62,373 nt of DNA from a virus (taxonomy: Duplodnaviria; Caudoviricetes): positions 1-62,373 of IMG/VR virus record IMGVR_UViG_3300008120_000066; one strand, written 5' to 3'. Every line of letters starts with the position of its first letter. Positions within the stretch are counted from its first letter, which is position 1. The notes under the pieces were generated by a model. It saw only the letters and a program-made list of their open reading frames with translations. It ran no database searches and was not told the origin of the DNA. A program made the position numbers and the translations under genes. Below, piece by piece: positions 39,537-49,975 of the stretch.

Positions 39537-40289
39537 ATGGCAAGAAATGTATATTTCACGCAGGGAACAAAGAACGAGCAATGGCTACTTGAAGACATAA
39601 TAATTGAGTCTCTAAAAATATATGGTCAAGACGTTTATTATATCCCTCGAACATTAGTAAACAAGGACATAGTTCTTGGTGAGGATGTTCTCAGCACATT
39701 TGATTCTGCCTATGAAATTGAAATGTATTTTGAGGATGTGGATGATTTCCAAGGACAAGGAACATTTCTACAAAAATTTGGTATTGAGATAGAAAAATCT
39801 GCTACTCTTGTTGTTGCTCGTCGTAGATGGGAGCAATTAATCAGCAGAATTCAAGTTGGTCGCATATTAACAAGACCAGCAGAGGGTGATCTAATATATT
39901 TCCCACTTACTAAAAAATTATTTGAGATTAGATTCGTTGAGCACGAAGATCCATTCTATCAAATCGGTAAACTCTACACATATAAGTTAAGAATAGAAAC
40001 ATTCCAGTACGCAAGCGAAAGAATAAACACTGGTATTAGTGAAATTGACGCAATAGAAGCAAATTACACATACGACCAACTTGGTTATGAGCTGCTTATG
40101 GAAGATCCTCAGGGAGTAAATATCAGAATCGGCGATGAAGATAGAGACGAGGATTATTATTCTCAAGAGTTAGCGACCGATGATACACCAGAAGATTATT
40201 CTGATGGTAAAACATATGATGATATATCTAGATCTTCAGGACTAATCGATTTTGATGAAAGAAATCCATTCGGAGAAGTAAATGCTTAA
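39537..40289 (+). CDS. gp14: Neck protein gp14
   Basis: EQ.LLEDIIIESLKIYGQDVYYIPR; RPAEGDLIYFP; FEI.FVEHE.PFYQ.GK; DF.E.NPFG. Confidence 0.93.
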   Translation: MARNVYFTQGTKNEQWLLEDIIIESLKIYGQDVYYIPRTLVNKDIVLGEDVLSTFDSAYEIEMYFEDVDDFQGQGTFLQKFGIEIEKSATLVVARRRWEQLISRIQVGRILTRPAEGDLIYFPLTKKLFEIRFVEHEDPFYQIGKLYTYKLRIETFQYASERINTGISEIDAIEANYTYDQLGYELLMEDPQGVNIRIGDEDRDEDYYSQELATDDTPEDYSDGKTYDDISRSSGLIDFDERNPFGEVNA

Positions 40290-41073
40290 TCATGGACATT
40301 TTTACCACGCTACAGTAAGAAATAGTATTATTTGCTTTGGCAAATTGTTTAATCAAATGTACATTAAGCGTGATGACTCTAGCAATGTAGAAACTCAGTT
40401 TATAAAAGTTCCAATAACATATGGTCCAAAAGAAAAGTGGTTGGTTCGAAGCGAAACTGATCCAAATCTTGATAAACCAGTAGAAATTGTTCTACCAAGA
40501 ATGTCGTTTGAGATAAACGACTTTCAGTTTGACACACAAAGAAAATTAAATTCTCTTACTGAACTTATTGTTGAAAATCCACAAGACAGAACAAAACAGA
40601 GAAAACAGTTTGCGCCTATTCCATACAACTTAGGAATAACACTATACATTATTTCTAAAACACAAGAAGATGCGCTGCAGATATTAGAGCAAGTATTACC
40701 ATTCTTTACTCCAGCATATAACCTTACTGTAAATTTAAATCCAGATATGGGTTATTCGTTTGATGTTCCGACTATCTTAAATTCTGTTTCATTAAACGAT
40801 GAATATGATGGCCAGTTCGAGATTAAAAGAACTGTGCTTTATACTTTACAGTTTACAATGAAAACACAAATGTTTGGACCTGTACAAGAATCTGCTGTTA
40901 TTCGCACTTCGATTGCTAAAATTAAAGAAGAAACTGTAGTTCCAACAACTGGTGAAACAGTAGTTAAAAATGTTCAAACATATACAGCGCAGGTTTCGCC
41001 ATCAACAACAATAAACACAACCCCAATTCCACTTACAACAGATGAGTGGGATTTTGATTTTGACGATGCCTAA
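40282..41073 (+). CDS. gp15: Tail sheath stabiliser/terminator gp15
   Basis: HFYH..VR..I..FG.LFN; KVPITYGPKEKW; LPRMSFE; DALQILEQVLPFF.P. Confidence 0.93.
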   Translation: MLNHGHFYHATVRNSIICFGKLFNQMYIKRDDSSNVETQFIKVPITYGPKEKWLVRSETDPNLDKPVEIVLPRMSFEINDFQFDTQRKLNSLTELIVENPQDRTKQRKQFAPIPYNLGITLYIISKTQEDALQILEQVLPFFTPAYNLTVNLNPDMGYSFDVPTILNSVSLNDEYDGQFEIKRTVLYTLQFTMKTQMFGPVQESAVIRTSIAKIKEETVVPTTGETVVKNVQTYTAQVSPSTTINTTPIPLTTDEWDFDFDDA

Positions 41074-42652
41074 ACTATCTGAAAATTATAATGCGAATGT
41101 AAACTTAAAAACAGTTGGCGTAGATATTCAATATACGCAGGAACAAGTTCAAGAGTACATTAAATGTTCACAGGATCCAATATATTTTATTGATAATTAT
41201 TGTTATATTGTTACTCTTGACTCTGGTTTACAGCTCTTTAAACTTTATGACTGCCAAAAAGAAAAAATAAAAGTAATTCATGAGAATCGCAAAGTCATTC
41301 TTATGGAGGGTCGTCAGCAAGGCAAAACAACAACTGCTGCAGCATATATTCTTTGGTACACTATTTTCAATCAAAGCAAAACAGTAGCAATTTTAGCAAA
41401 CAAAGCAACAACTGCTAGAGAAATATTGTCACGCTACCAACTGATGTATGAGAACATCCCAATCTGGATGCAACAAGGTGTAAAAACTTGGAACAAAGGT
41501 GATATAGAGTTAGAAAATGGAAGTAAAGTATTTACTGCTGCTACAACTAAATCGGGTATTCGTTCTAAGTCTGTTAACCTACTATACATTGACGAAGCTG
41601 CGATTATTCCAAACAATATCGCAGAAGAATTTTTTACATCAGTATACCCAACTATTTCTGCTGGTAAAACTACCAAAATTCTAATGACATCAACACCATT
41701 AGGATATAATCATTTCTGGAAATTTTGGAATGATGCGGAAAATAATCGTAATGATTTTATCCCATTGTTTGTGCCATATTGGAAAATTCCTGGACGTGAT
41801 GAGAAATGGGCAGCTGAACAGAAAGCAACACTTGGCGAACTTAAATACAACCAAGAGGTTTTGTGTAAATTCCTTGGTTCATCGCTAACACTTATTGCTG
41901 CTGATATTATTGCTCAAATGTCACCAGCTACATATCTATACAGAAAAGATGGGTTAGATGTTATTGAGGCGCCAAATAAAGAGCGAGTTTATGTTTTGGT
42001 TGCTGACACAGCAAAAGGTGTAAATGGCGACTATTCAGCATTTACAGTTATTGACATTACAGAAGCACCTTACAAAGTTGTGGCTAAATATAGAGACAAT
42101 AAGATAAGTCCATTGCTATATCCAAACGTAATTGCTAAGGTCGGTAAAGACTATAATGATGCTTACGTTCTTGTTGAATTAAATTCTAGCGAGCAGGTTC
42201 CATATATTTTACATGAAGAACTACAGTATGAGAATTTGATTTTCGTAAATAGAACTATGGATGGGCAGGTTGTTTCTGGTGGTTTCGGTGGTGGTAAAAC
42301 GCAGTTCGGTGTGCATACTGATAAGAAGGTAAAGCGTACTGGATGTCAGAATTTTAAAGCATTGGTTGAAGAGAAAAAACTTCTTATTCAAGATATTGAT
42401 ATTATTTCAGAAATGTCAACATTTATTGAGGTAAGGGGTTCTTATGAGGCAGATGATGGTTACAATGACGATTTGGTTATGACACTGGTTCTGTTCTCTT
42501 GGTTAACTGCTCAGTCATATTTTAAAGACCTAAATGATGTAAATATGCGACAATTAATGTACCAAAATAAAATGAAACAAATTGAGGAAGAACTAACACC
42601 ATTTGGTTTTATAGACGATGGCATACCAGAAAATGTGGTCCAAAACTTCTGA
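41066..42652 (+). CDS. gp17: Terminase large subunit gp17
   Basis: Walker A-like RQQGKTT, Walker B LLYIDEAA, STPLGYNHF, nuclease DTAKG..GDYS and DDLVM. The ATG at 41066 (overlapping the gp15 end) is more likely than 41042. Confidence 0.96.
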   Translation: MPKLSENYNANVNLKTVGVDIQYTQEQVQEYIKCSQDPIYFIDNYCYIVTLDSGLQLFKLYDCQKEKIKVIHENRKVILMEGRQQGKTTTAAAYILWYTIFNQSKTVAILANKATTAREILSRYQLMYENIPIWMQQGVKTWNKGDIELENGSKVFTAATTKSGIRSKSVNLLYIDEAAIIPNNIAEEFFTSVYPTISAGKTTKILMTSTPLGYNHFWKFWNDAENNRNDFIPLFVPYWKIPGRDEKWAAEQKATLGELKYNQEVLCKFLGSSLTLIAADIIAQMSPATYLYRKDGLDVIEAPNKERVYVLVADTAKGVNGDYSAFTVIDITEAPYKVVAKYRDNKISPLLYPNVIAKVGKDYNDAYVLVELNSSEQVPYILHEELQYENLIFVNRTMDGQVVSGGFGGGKTQFGVHTDKKVKRTGCQNFKALVEEKKLLIQDIDIISEMSTFIEVRGSYEADDGYNDDLVMTLVLFSWLTAQSYFKDLNDVNMRQLMYQNKMKQIEEELTPFGFIDDGIPENVVQNF

Positions 42653-42664
42653 AAATGTCAAAAT

Positions 42665-42672
42665 ACTAAATA
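42665..42672 (+). promoter_or_regulatory. Late promoter variant (ACTAAATA)
   Basis: Intergenic upstream of gp18, which has an AAGGAG RBS. Confidence 0.65.
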
Positions 42673-42730
42673 ATAGGATGAAACTCAGGTTGTTAATAAC
42701 AACGTATAATCGTATCAAGGAGACATAGCC

Positions 42731-44833
42731 ATGCCATTTCAAGTTTCTCCAGGAGTTGCCGTAGTAGAGAAAGATCTTTCTCTCGTAATTCCTCAAATTG
42801 CAGCTTCAATCGGTGCAACAGCAGGATTTTTCCGCTGGGGTCCAGTTGAGCAACCAATTACAATTGCTAATGAGGGTGAATTAGCAAATATATTTGGAAA
42901 ACCAGTTGGTGTAAGCGACTTTATTGCTCGTTCTTTCTACACTGCATCTAATTTCTTATCCTACTCAAACAACATGGTTGTTGTTCGAGCAGTTCCAACA
43001 ACAACATCAATATCCGACGCAAAAAATGCGCTGTCTGAAGACGTAGCTGCTCTTGTTATCAAAAATACTGATGAATATGTAGGAAATTTTAGTACTTACA
43101 CAGCAACAAACGTAGCATTTGCTGCAAAATATCCAGGATCTTTAGGAAATACATTAAAAATTTCTGTTTGCGATGCTGACTCGTTCAACACTACTGCTAC
43201 AGGTACTATCGCTGCTGCTCAAACAACTACAGCATTGTCAATTACTGGTGGTGCTATCACCACTCAGGCTGCTGTTGGTTCTAAAGTATTGTTCTGGTCT
43301 GCCGCAGCTGGTACTGGTACATTGTTGGGATCTTCAACAATTGCTTCCATTACTTCAGCAACTGCTGCTACATTGTCTAGCAACCCAGCTATTGCTTCTG
43401 GTATCGTGTCTATCACATTCCGTTGGGAATACTATGATGATTTCGTGTCAGCCCCAGGAACATCAACATATCTGACATCACAAGGTTTATCTTCTGCAAA
43501 AGATGAAATGCATATTGTAGTAGTTGATCGTCTCGGTCAATTTACTGGCGTTCAAGGAGCAGTTCTTGAAAAATTTACTGCTGTTTCTAAAGCAGCAGAT
43601 GCTGTTTTAACAGACGGATCATCAAACTATTTTAAAACATTAATTAATCGCAGCTCAGATTATATTTGGGTTATGAAAGATTTAGATGACACAATTACAG
43701 CAACAGCAGGTGTGTATTCTTCAGCTGACTTAAATACTGCTTCTGCAGCTGCTTATGGTGTAAATGTTGCAACAAATGGTATGGGAGCTAATACTGTGTT
43801 TATTACACATAAGCGTCCATATACTGTGACCATGGGTTACAATCTTACACAAGCAACTGGCGCATTGGCTCTAATGTCAACAGGTAAAGGTGCTGATGGT
43901 TACACAATCTCAGACAATGCCCATACAGCAGCAGTTAAATCAGGTTTACAAATAGCATTTGGTTTATTTGCCAATACCGAAAATATTGATGTTGGTTTAA
44001 TTGCTCTTGGCGAAGTTGAGTCTGTTGTAGCAAAATATGTAATCTCCAACGTCGCTGAAGTCCGCAAAGATTGTTTAGTTTTCGTTTCTGCTGTAAAAGA
44101 CAGTGGTACTGCTTTAACAATCGTAACTAAATCATCAGATTTCACAGGTTTAATTGATTATAGAACAGCAGCTTCTAACTCTGTAAATACTTCAACATCA
44201 TATGCAACAATGGACAGTGGTTACAAATATATGTATGATAAGTATAACGATAAGTACATCTATGTTCCATTAAATGGTGACGTCGCAGGTTTATGCGCAA
44301 GAACTGATTTTACAGCTGATCCATGGTATTCTCCTGGTGGCTACAATCGTGGTATCATTAAGAATGTTGTTAAACTTTCTTACAACCCAAGTCAAACAGA
44401 GCGTGATACATTGTATAAGAATGGTATCAATCCAGTTGCTACATTCCCAGGACAAGGAACAGTATTGTTCGGCGATAAAACAATGTTGGCTAAGCCAAGC
44501 GCATTCGATCGTATTAACGTGCGTCGTCTGTTTATCGTTCTTGAGAAGTCTATCTCTACAGCTGCTAAATTCCAGTTGTTCGAGTTTAACGATACGTTTA
44601 CACGTGCTCAGTTCCGTAACTTAGTAGAGCCATTCCTGCGTGATGTTCAGGGTCGCCGTGGTATATACGATTTCCGTGTTGTATGCGATGAATCAAATAA
44701 CACTGGTGAAATTATTGACACTAATCAATTTATAGCAGATATCTTCATCAAGCCAGCTCGTTCTATCAACTTTATTACTCTAAACTTTATTGCTGCTAGA
44801 ACAAGTGTGAACTTTGAAGAGATTGGTGCTTAA
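42731..44833 (+). CDS. gp18: Tail sheath protein gp18
   Basis: SPGV.V.EKDLS, F.WGPVE, AKYPG.LGN, PW.SPGG.NRG and AFDRINVRRLF...FEFND.FTR. Confidence 0.96.
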   Translation: MPFQVSPGVAVVEKDLSLVIPQIAASIGATAGFFRWGPVEQPITIANEGELANIFGKPVGVSDFIARSFYTASNFLSYSNNMVVVRAVPTTTSISDAKNALSEDVAALVIKNTDEYVGNFSTYTATNVAFAAKYPGSLGNTLKISVCDADSFNTTATGTIAAAQTTTALSITGGAITTQAAVGSKVLFWSAAAGTGTLLGSSTIASITSATAATLSSNPAIASGIVSITFRWEYYDDFVSAPGTSTYLTSQGLSSAKDEMHIVVVDRLGQFTGVQGAVLEKFTAVSKAADAVLTDGSSNYFKTLINRSSDYIWVMKDLDDTITATAGVYSSADLNTASAAAYGVNVATNGMGANTVFITHKRPYTVTMGYNLTQATGALALMSTGKGADGYTISDNAHTAAVKSGLQIAFGLFANTENIDVGLIALGEVESVVAKYVISNVAEVRKDCLVFVSAVKDSGTALTIVTKSSDFTGLIDYRTAASNSVNTSTSYATMDSGYKYMYDKYNDKYIYVPLNGDVAGLCARTDFTADPWYSPGGYNRGIIKNVVKLSYNPSQTERDTLYKNGINPVATFPGQGTVLFGDKTMLAKPSAFDRINVRRLFIVLEKSISTAAKFQLFEFNDTFTRAQFRNLVEPFLRDVQGRRGIYDFRVVCDESNNTGEIIDTNQFIADIFIKPARSINFITLNFIAARTSVNFEEIGA

Positions 44834-44834
44834 T

Positions 44835-44842
44835 CCTAAATA
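44835..44842 (+). promoter_or_regulatory. Late promoter variant (CCTAAATA)
   Basis: Between gp18 and gp19, upstream of an AGGAG RBS. Confidence 0.6.
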
Positions 44843-44865
44843 AAAAGAAACAGGAGAAAAATTAA

Positions 44866-45462
44866 ATGGCAAATATTGACGCATTTAAAGCCAATCTAAT
44901 CGGTGGTGGCGCTCGCGCAAATCAGTTCTTTGTTCAATTAGCATTCCCGAGCTATGTTGCTGGTGGAGCGCTGTTAGCAGCAAAAGGACAGTTTATTTGT
45001 AAAGGCGCACAGCTTCCCTCATCAACAATTGATAATACACCTACGTTTTTCCGTGGGCGACAAGTTAATATGGCTGGTGAAAGAACTTTCGCACCATGGA
45101 CAGTTACTATTATTAACGACAACGATTTTGCATTAAGAAATGCATTTGAATCTTGGTCTAATGGTATGAATGATGTTGCAAATAACACTGGACGAATTCG
45201 TCCTGCTGAATATCAAGCTGATTTAGATGTTTATCAACTTGATCGTAATGGTAATCCAATTAAACATTATAAATTTGTTAATGCATTTCCAACAGAAATT
45301 TCAGCGATTGAATTAAATTTTGATACAAACAATCAGATTGAAGAATTTACTGTAACATTCCAGTACAATTACTGGACATCTGAGACAAGCACTCAGGGTA
45401 GATTAATCAGCGGTGGTGTGAATATTAACATAGGTGGTATCAATATTCCTACATCAATCTGA
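44866..45462 (+). CDS. gp19: Tail tube protein gp19
   Basis: GGGAR.NQF.V; FRGRQ...AGERTF.PWTVTI.ND.DF; AFPTEIS.I.L..DT.NQIEEF.VTF.Y. Confidence 0.95.
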   Translation: MANIDAFKANLIGGGARANQFFVQLAFPSYVAGGALLAAKGQFICKGAQLPSSTIDNTPTFFRGRQVNMAGERTFAPWTVTIINDNDFALRNAFESWSNGMNDVANNTGRIRPAEYQADLDVYQLDRNGNPIKHYKFVNAFPTEISAIELNFDTNNQIEEFTVTFQYNYWTSETSTQGRLISGGVNINIGGINIPTSI

Positions 45463-45484
45463 TGTAAACTTGTGAGGTTATTTT

Positions 45485-47062
45485 ATGCAATTTTTTGGTT
45501 TTGAAATAAAACGTAAAAAGGACTCATTACCAATTGAATCGGTGGTATCACCAACAATTGATGATGGGTCCACACTCGTATCTACAGCAGCAGGTTATTA
45601 TGCGCAAACTATTAATATGGATGCGGTTATTAATAACGAGAACGATCTTCTAAGAAAATACAGAGAAATCTCTGGGTTTCCAGAAGTTGATGCTGCTATC
45701 GAAGATATTCTTAATGAGGCAATTATTGTTGAAGACAATGAGCCTCCCGTATCATTAGACCTTAAGGATCTAAAGGTATCTGAAAATATTAAGAAAAAAC
45801 TTACTGAGGAATTTGAAACTGTATTAGATCTCTTAGGTTTTGGTGAGAGAGGTCATGATATTTTCCGTCTTTGGTATGTTGATGGACGCATCCATTACCA
45901 AGTATTGATTGACGAAAAAGATGTAAAGTCAGGAATTAAAGAACTGAGATACATCGATTCAATGAAAATTCGTAAAATAAAAGAAGTAAAAAAAGAACGA
46001 GATAAAAAAACAGGATTAGAAACTGTAAAAGAAGTGCAAGAGTACTATGTTTACAACGAGAAAGGTATTTCCTCTGCTAATTCTCAAGGTGTTAAGTTAA
46101 GTAAAGACAGTGTTGTATACTGTAACTCTGGTTTAATCGATCAGGCTCTTAACATGGTTCTTAGCCATTTACACAAAGCAATTAAACCAGCCAATCAATT
46201 AAAGATGATTGAAGATTCGCTGGTTATCTATCGTGTTTCTCGTGCGCCAGAGCGTCGTATATTCTATATCGATGTTGGTAATTTACCCAAAATTAAAGCA
46301 GAACAGTATGTTCGTGATATTATGAACAAGTATCGTAATAAACTTGTTTATGATGCAAATACTGGAGAAATTAAAGACGATCGTAAGCATATGTCTATGC
46401 TTGAAGATTTCTGGATGCCACGTCGTGAGGGTGGTAAAGGAACAGAAATTACAACTTTACAGGGTGGACAAAATCTTGGCGAGTTGGCTGATGTAAAATA
46501 TTTTAAAGACAAATTATATGAGTCTTTAAATGTTCCAAAAAGCAGAATGCAACAAGATCAAACAGCTTTTAATCTTGGTCGCTCAGCAGAAATTTCAAGA
46601 GATGAAGTTAAGTTTGCAAAATTTATCAACAGATTGCGTGTGCGTTTTTCGCTACTATTCTCTGAAATCTTAAGGACCCAACTTATACTCAAGGGAATCA
46701 TTAGAGAAGATGAGTGGGATGAATTTGATAAAAAAATTAAATACCATTTCAAAATTGACAATCATTACGCTGAACTAAAAGAGAACGATATATTTACTGG
46801 AAGATTGGCAATGCTTCAACAAGTTGACCCATTCGTTGGAAAATATTATTCTAAACAATACGTCCAGGATAATATTCTTAAACTTGCAGAAGAAGATATG
46901 CAAAGAATTGAGAAAGAGATTGAGCAAGAAAAAGGGCAACAATACGTTGACGCTGATCATTTGGGAACAATTGCTGGTGTAACACAAACTGCTCAACAAA
47001 CTTATCTTGCTGCAAATGCTCCGCCTGAAACTCAAGAAGCACCAACATCAAATACACAATAA
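45485..47062 (+). CDS. gp20: Portal protein gp20
   Basis: WYVDGR; LHKAIKPANQLKMIEDSLVIYR.SRAPERRIFYIDVGNLPK.KAEQY; EDFWMPRREGGKGTEITTL.GG. Confidence 0.97.
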   Translation: MQFFGFEIKRKKDSLPIESVVSPTIDDGSTLVSTAAGYYAQTINMDAVINNENDLLRKYREISGFPEVDAAIEDILNEAIIVEDNEPPVSLDLKDLKVSENIKKKLTEEFETVLDLLGFGERGHDIFRLWYVDGRIHYQVLIDEKDVKSGIKELRYIDSMKIRKIKEVKKERDKKTGLETVKEVQEYYVYNEKGISSANSQGVKLSKDSVVYCNSGLIDQALNMVLSHLHKAIKPANQLKMIEDSLVIYRVSRAPERRIFYIDVGNLPKIKAEQYVRDIMNKYRNKLVYDANTGEIKDDRKHMSMLEDFWMPRREGGKGTEITTLQGGQNLGELADVKYFKDKLYESLNVPKSRMQQDQTAFNLGRSAEISRDEVKFAKFINRLRVRFSLLFSEILRTQLILKGIIREDEWDEFDKKIKYHFKIDNHYAELKENDIFTGRLAMLQQVDPFVGKYYSKQYVQDNILKLAEEDMQRIEKEIEQEKGQQYVDADHLGTIAGVTQTAQQTYLAANAPPETQEAPTSNTQ

Positions 47063-47071
47063 GGAATAATT

Positions 47072-47275
47072 ATGGCAAACGAACAAATTATTGATTTAAT
47101 CGACAATATTGTAAACGACAATGCAGTTGAATCAGAAAAAGCATTTAACTCTATTATGGCAGATAAAATAGCCGATAGATTACAAGATTATAGAAAAGAA
47201 GTAGCATCAACATTCTTTAACACGGCTGAGCAACAGGAAACAGAGGCAGAAACTCAAGAAAATGCAGCTGGCTAA
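47072..47275 (+). CDS. Prohead core protein, gp67-like
   Basis: Small acidic helical ORF right after gp20 (F..IM..KI...L...RKEVA...F). Confidence 0.6.
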   Translation: MANEQIIDLIDNIVNDNAVESEKAFNSIMADKIADRLQDYRKEVASTFFNTAEQQETEAETQENAAG

Positions 47276-47819
47276 TTTTTTATCTAAGATCCACACTGTC
47301 AAAGGCAATTACGGAAAAGTTGTCAGTGTCGCATCGTATTATGATAAAGAGATTATCATAAATGATAAAGAAGAGTATTTTGTTGATGGTATAAAATTAG
47401 AGCAGAAGTTTGAAAACTTAGAGGAAGTCAAATCATACATTGATATACAAGAAGAAGCATTTAAAACCAAAGTAGAATTATACGAAAATATATCTGATAC
47501 CAAAGTTGCTTCGATTATTAGAAAACATACAGAAATAAAGATAACAAATCATCTCATTGAACATTATATACATACAGCTTCCTCTAAGTGTTTTACAGTT
47601 GATCCAATTATCTTAGAGATGAGAATGACCAATAAACTGGACTCTGAGATTAGTGGTAAAATAGTTTTTAGATTAGATGACGGTAAACAGGTCGCATTAT
47701 CAGAGCAAACTCTTGAGAAAATTGCGAATTTACTAAATAATATGGAAATAAAAGATCAAACGATTGACTTTATGAGAAAAAGTCAAGAAAATTTTCTCTC
47801 AGTTATAAGAATAGTATAG
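47262..47819 (+). CDS. Hypothetical head-module protein (gp68 position)
   Basis: 185-aa ORF between the gp67-like gene and gp21; no recognisable motif. Confidence 0.6.
   Translation: MQLANFLSKIHTVKGNYGKVVSVASYYDKEIIINDKEEYFVDGIKLEQKFENLEEVKSYIDIQEEAFKTKVELYENISDTKVASIIRKHTEIKITNHLIEHYIHTASSKCFTVDPIILEMRMTNKLDSEISGKIVFRLDDGKQVALSEQTLEKIANLLNNMEIKDQTIDFMRKSQENFLSVIRIV
47732..47739 (+). promoter_or_regulatory. Possible late promoter (ACTAAATA)
   Basis: About 90 nt upstream of the ATG at 47830, inside the previous ORF. Confidence 0.4.
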
Positions 47820-47829
47820 GAAAACTAAC

Positions 47830-48246
47830 ATGGCAGCAACAAAAACCGTAGTTAGAAATAACATCAATAAATGCTTAATCCGCATTGTTGGCACAACAGC
47901 TGCAGATACCTCAACAGTTGATTTAGATGTCGACTGTCTTGGATCTTTTGAAGCATTAACTGTTGGTGGAACAGTAGCTGTAAATATCGCAAAAGTAAAA
48001 GCGAGCACTGGTAATAGTATTACTCTTGTTCGTAATGGCGTTACAGTCGCATCATTATATGGCTCAGATATTTTAGATGAAGCTGATTGGGTAATTACTG
48101 ATCAAAATACACATGACATCGTTGTTACATTTGTCGGTGGCGGAGGAATGGTGTTGCTTGAACTAACAAAAGTTAGTGGATTCTCGCCTGAGTTTGAGCC
48201 AGGATCTTTTGGTGGTGGTGATAACATTAACGCAGTGGGGTCATAA
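47830..48246 (+). CDS. Hypothetical beta-rich protein, probably a virion component
   Basis: AGGA RBS; lies just before gp21; small-residue beta-strand composition. Confidence 0.65.
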   Translation: MAATKTVVRNNINKCLIRIVGTTAADTSTVDLDVDCLGSFEALTVGGTVAVNIAKVKASTGNSITLVRNGVTVASLYGSDILDEADWVITDQNTHDIVVTFVGGGGMVLLELTKVSGFSPEFEPGSFGGGDNINAVGS

Positions 48247-48249
48247 GCC

Positions 48250-48900
48250 ATGAGACTAATTAGAGAACAAGTAACAGAAACAAAATTTATTGTTGAAGAA
48301 AAGCTCGGTAAAGGAAAACAGTATTTTATCGAAGGTATATTTCTTCAATCAGAACTAAAAAATCGTAATGGACGCATGTATCCAGAATCAATTATGGATA
48401 GAGAAGCGTCTCGTTACATAACAGAATATGTAGAAAATAATCGTGCTTACGGAGAACTAGGTCATCCAGATACACCGACAATTAATCTTGATCGTGTATC
48501 CCATTTGATTGTAGATTTACGTAAAGAAGGTACAAACTACATTGGTAAGGCAAAGATTTTAGAAACCCCAATGGGTGCTATTGCTCGTGGTCTTTTAGAG
48601 GGTGGCGCAAGTCTTGGTGTTTCTAGTAGAGCACTTGGTTCTTTAAAAGAGGACAAAGATGGTGTTCAAATCGTTCAAGACGACTTTATGCTGTCAACTG
48701 CAGCTGATATCGTAGCCGACCCATCGGCTCCAGATGCTTTCGTTCGTGGCATTATGGAAGGAAAAGAGTGGGTTTATGTTGATGGAAAATTTGTGGAGAG
48801 ACATATTGAAGAGACAAAGAGGGCAATCCAAAAGGTTTCCTCTCGTAACTTAAACGAGCAAATGCTCAAAGAATTTAAAAAATTCTTGATGAAATTGTAA
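48250..48900 (+). CDS. gp21: Prohead protease gp21
   Basis: IEGIFLQ....NRNGR.YP; GELGHP....INLDRVSH; LGVSSRALGSL; DIVADPSAPDAFV.GIME. Confidence 0.96.
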   Translation: MRLIREQVTETKFIVEEKLGKGKQYFIEGIFLQSELKNRNGRMYPESIMDREASRYITEYVENNRAYGELGHPDTPTINLDRVSHLIVDLRKEGTNYIGKAKILETPMGAIARGLLEGGASLGVSSRALGSLKEDKDGVQIVQDDFMLSTAADIVADPSAPDAFVRGIMEGKEWVYVDGKFVERHIEETKRAIQKVSSRNLNEQMLKEFKKFLMKL

Positions 48901-48904
48901 TTTT

Positions 48905-48912
48905 TATAAATA
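48905..48912 (+). promoter_or_regulatory. T4-type late promoter TATAAATA
   Basis: Exact consensus upstream of gp22/gp23. Confidence 0.85.
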
Positions 48913-48961
48913 AATTTATCGAAAATAAATCGGACATAACCTATTCAAACAGGAGATAAAC

Positions 48962-49954
48962 ATGTCAGTTGAAAAGAAAATAGCTGAGTTGCTTGCGGAG
49001 TCTGAAAAACTACGTCAGCAAGAAGAACAAATTGAGGATATCGTTGAGGAAATTAACGAAGAATCAGAAGAGCAACTCGATGAGGGTGCTGCCGAAACAA
49101 TCAAAATGAAAGGCAGTGCTGGTAGCGAGGGCGACAATCCAGACAATAAGAAAAACCAAGGAACAGAAAAGCCAGCTGTTACAACAAGCAAGGCGAAAGA
49201 TCCAGCACCAGGAGCAGCAATGAAAGAAGAAATTACAGTCGATGTTACTGATGATGTAGCTGCATTGGTAGAAGGCGAGGAGTTGTCAGAAGAATTTAAA
49301 ACAAAAGCTGCAACAATTTTTGAAGCAGCAGTTGTTACAAGAGTCAAGGCTGAATTAGCCAAGATTCAAGAGCAGTATGACGCACAACTCGTAGAAGAGT
49401 TTGAGCAGATTAAAGAGGGTCTAGTTGAAAAGGTTGATGGATATCTCGGTTATATTACCGAGCAGTGGATGAAACAAAATGAGATTGCCCTTGAAGGTGG
49501 TATGAAAGCAGAATTAGCAGAGTCATTTATCCAAGGTATGAAGACATTGTTCGAAGAGCATTATGTTGATGTACCAGCAGAGAAATATGATGTGCTTGGT
49601 TCACTTGAAGAGAGAGTTGCAGAACTCGAAGGCAAGTTGAATGAGTCTGTAAATACCAATATTGAAATGCAAAAGAAAATTGCAGAATATGATAGAGAGC
49701 AAATTGTTGCTGAACTCTCAGATGGCTTAACAGCTACTGAAGAAGAAAAGTTTGCAACATTGGCATCAGAAATTGTTTACGAATCAGCTGACCAGTATAA
49801 AGGTAAGCTACAAACTATTCGTGAATCATATTTCACAAAAGCAGCACCTGTAGCGAAAGATACAGTTGCAGCAGAAGAGCCAGTTGGTGATCAGAAAGTA
49901 ATTTCTGAGCAAATTGCTCACTATGCGTCTGCATTGGCAAAACTTAAGAAATAA
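48962..49954 (+). CDS. gp22: Prohead scaffold/core protein gp22
   Basis: LSEEFKTKAATIFEAAV; VDGYL.Y..EQWM..NE.A; LFEEHY.DVP.EK.DV; KL..IRESYF. Confidence 0.93.
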   Translation: MSVEKKIAELLAESEKLRQQEEQIEDIVEEINEESEEQLDEGAAETIKMKGSAGSEGDNPDNKKNQGTEKPAVTTSKAKDPAPGAAMKEEITVDVTDDVAALVEGEELSEEFKTKAATIFEAAVVTRVKAELAKIQEQYDAQLVEEFEQIKEGLVEKVDGYLGYITEQWMKQNEIALEGGMKAELAESFIQGMKTLFEEHYVDVPAEKYDVLGSLEERVAELEGKLNESVNTNIEMQKKIAEYDREQIVAELSDGLTATEEEKFATLASEIVYESADQYKGKLQTIRESYFTKAAPVAKDTVAAEEPVGDQKVISEQIAHYASALAKLKK

Positions 49955-49975
49955 CCTTTTCAGGAGAAAAATAAC

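Noticed and set aside
41042-41065. gp17 start at 41042
   Set aside because: It adds an unconserved peptide inside gp15. The ATG at 41066 fits better.
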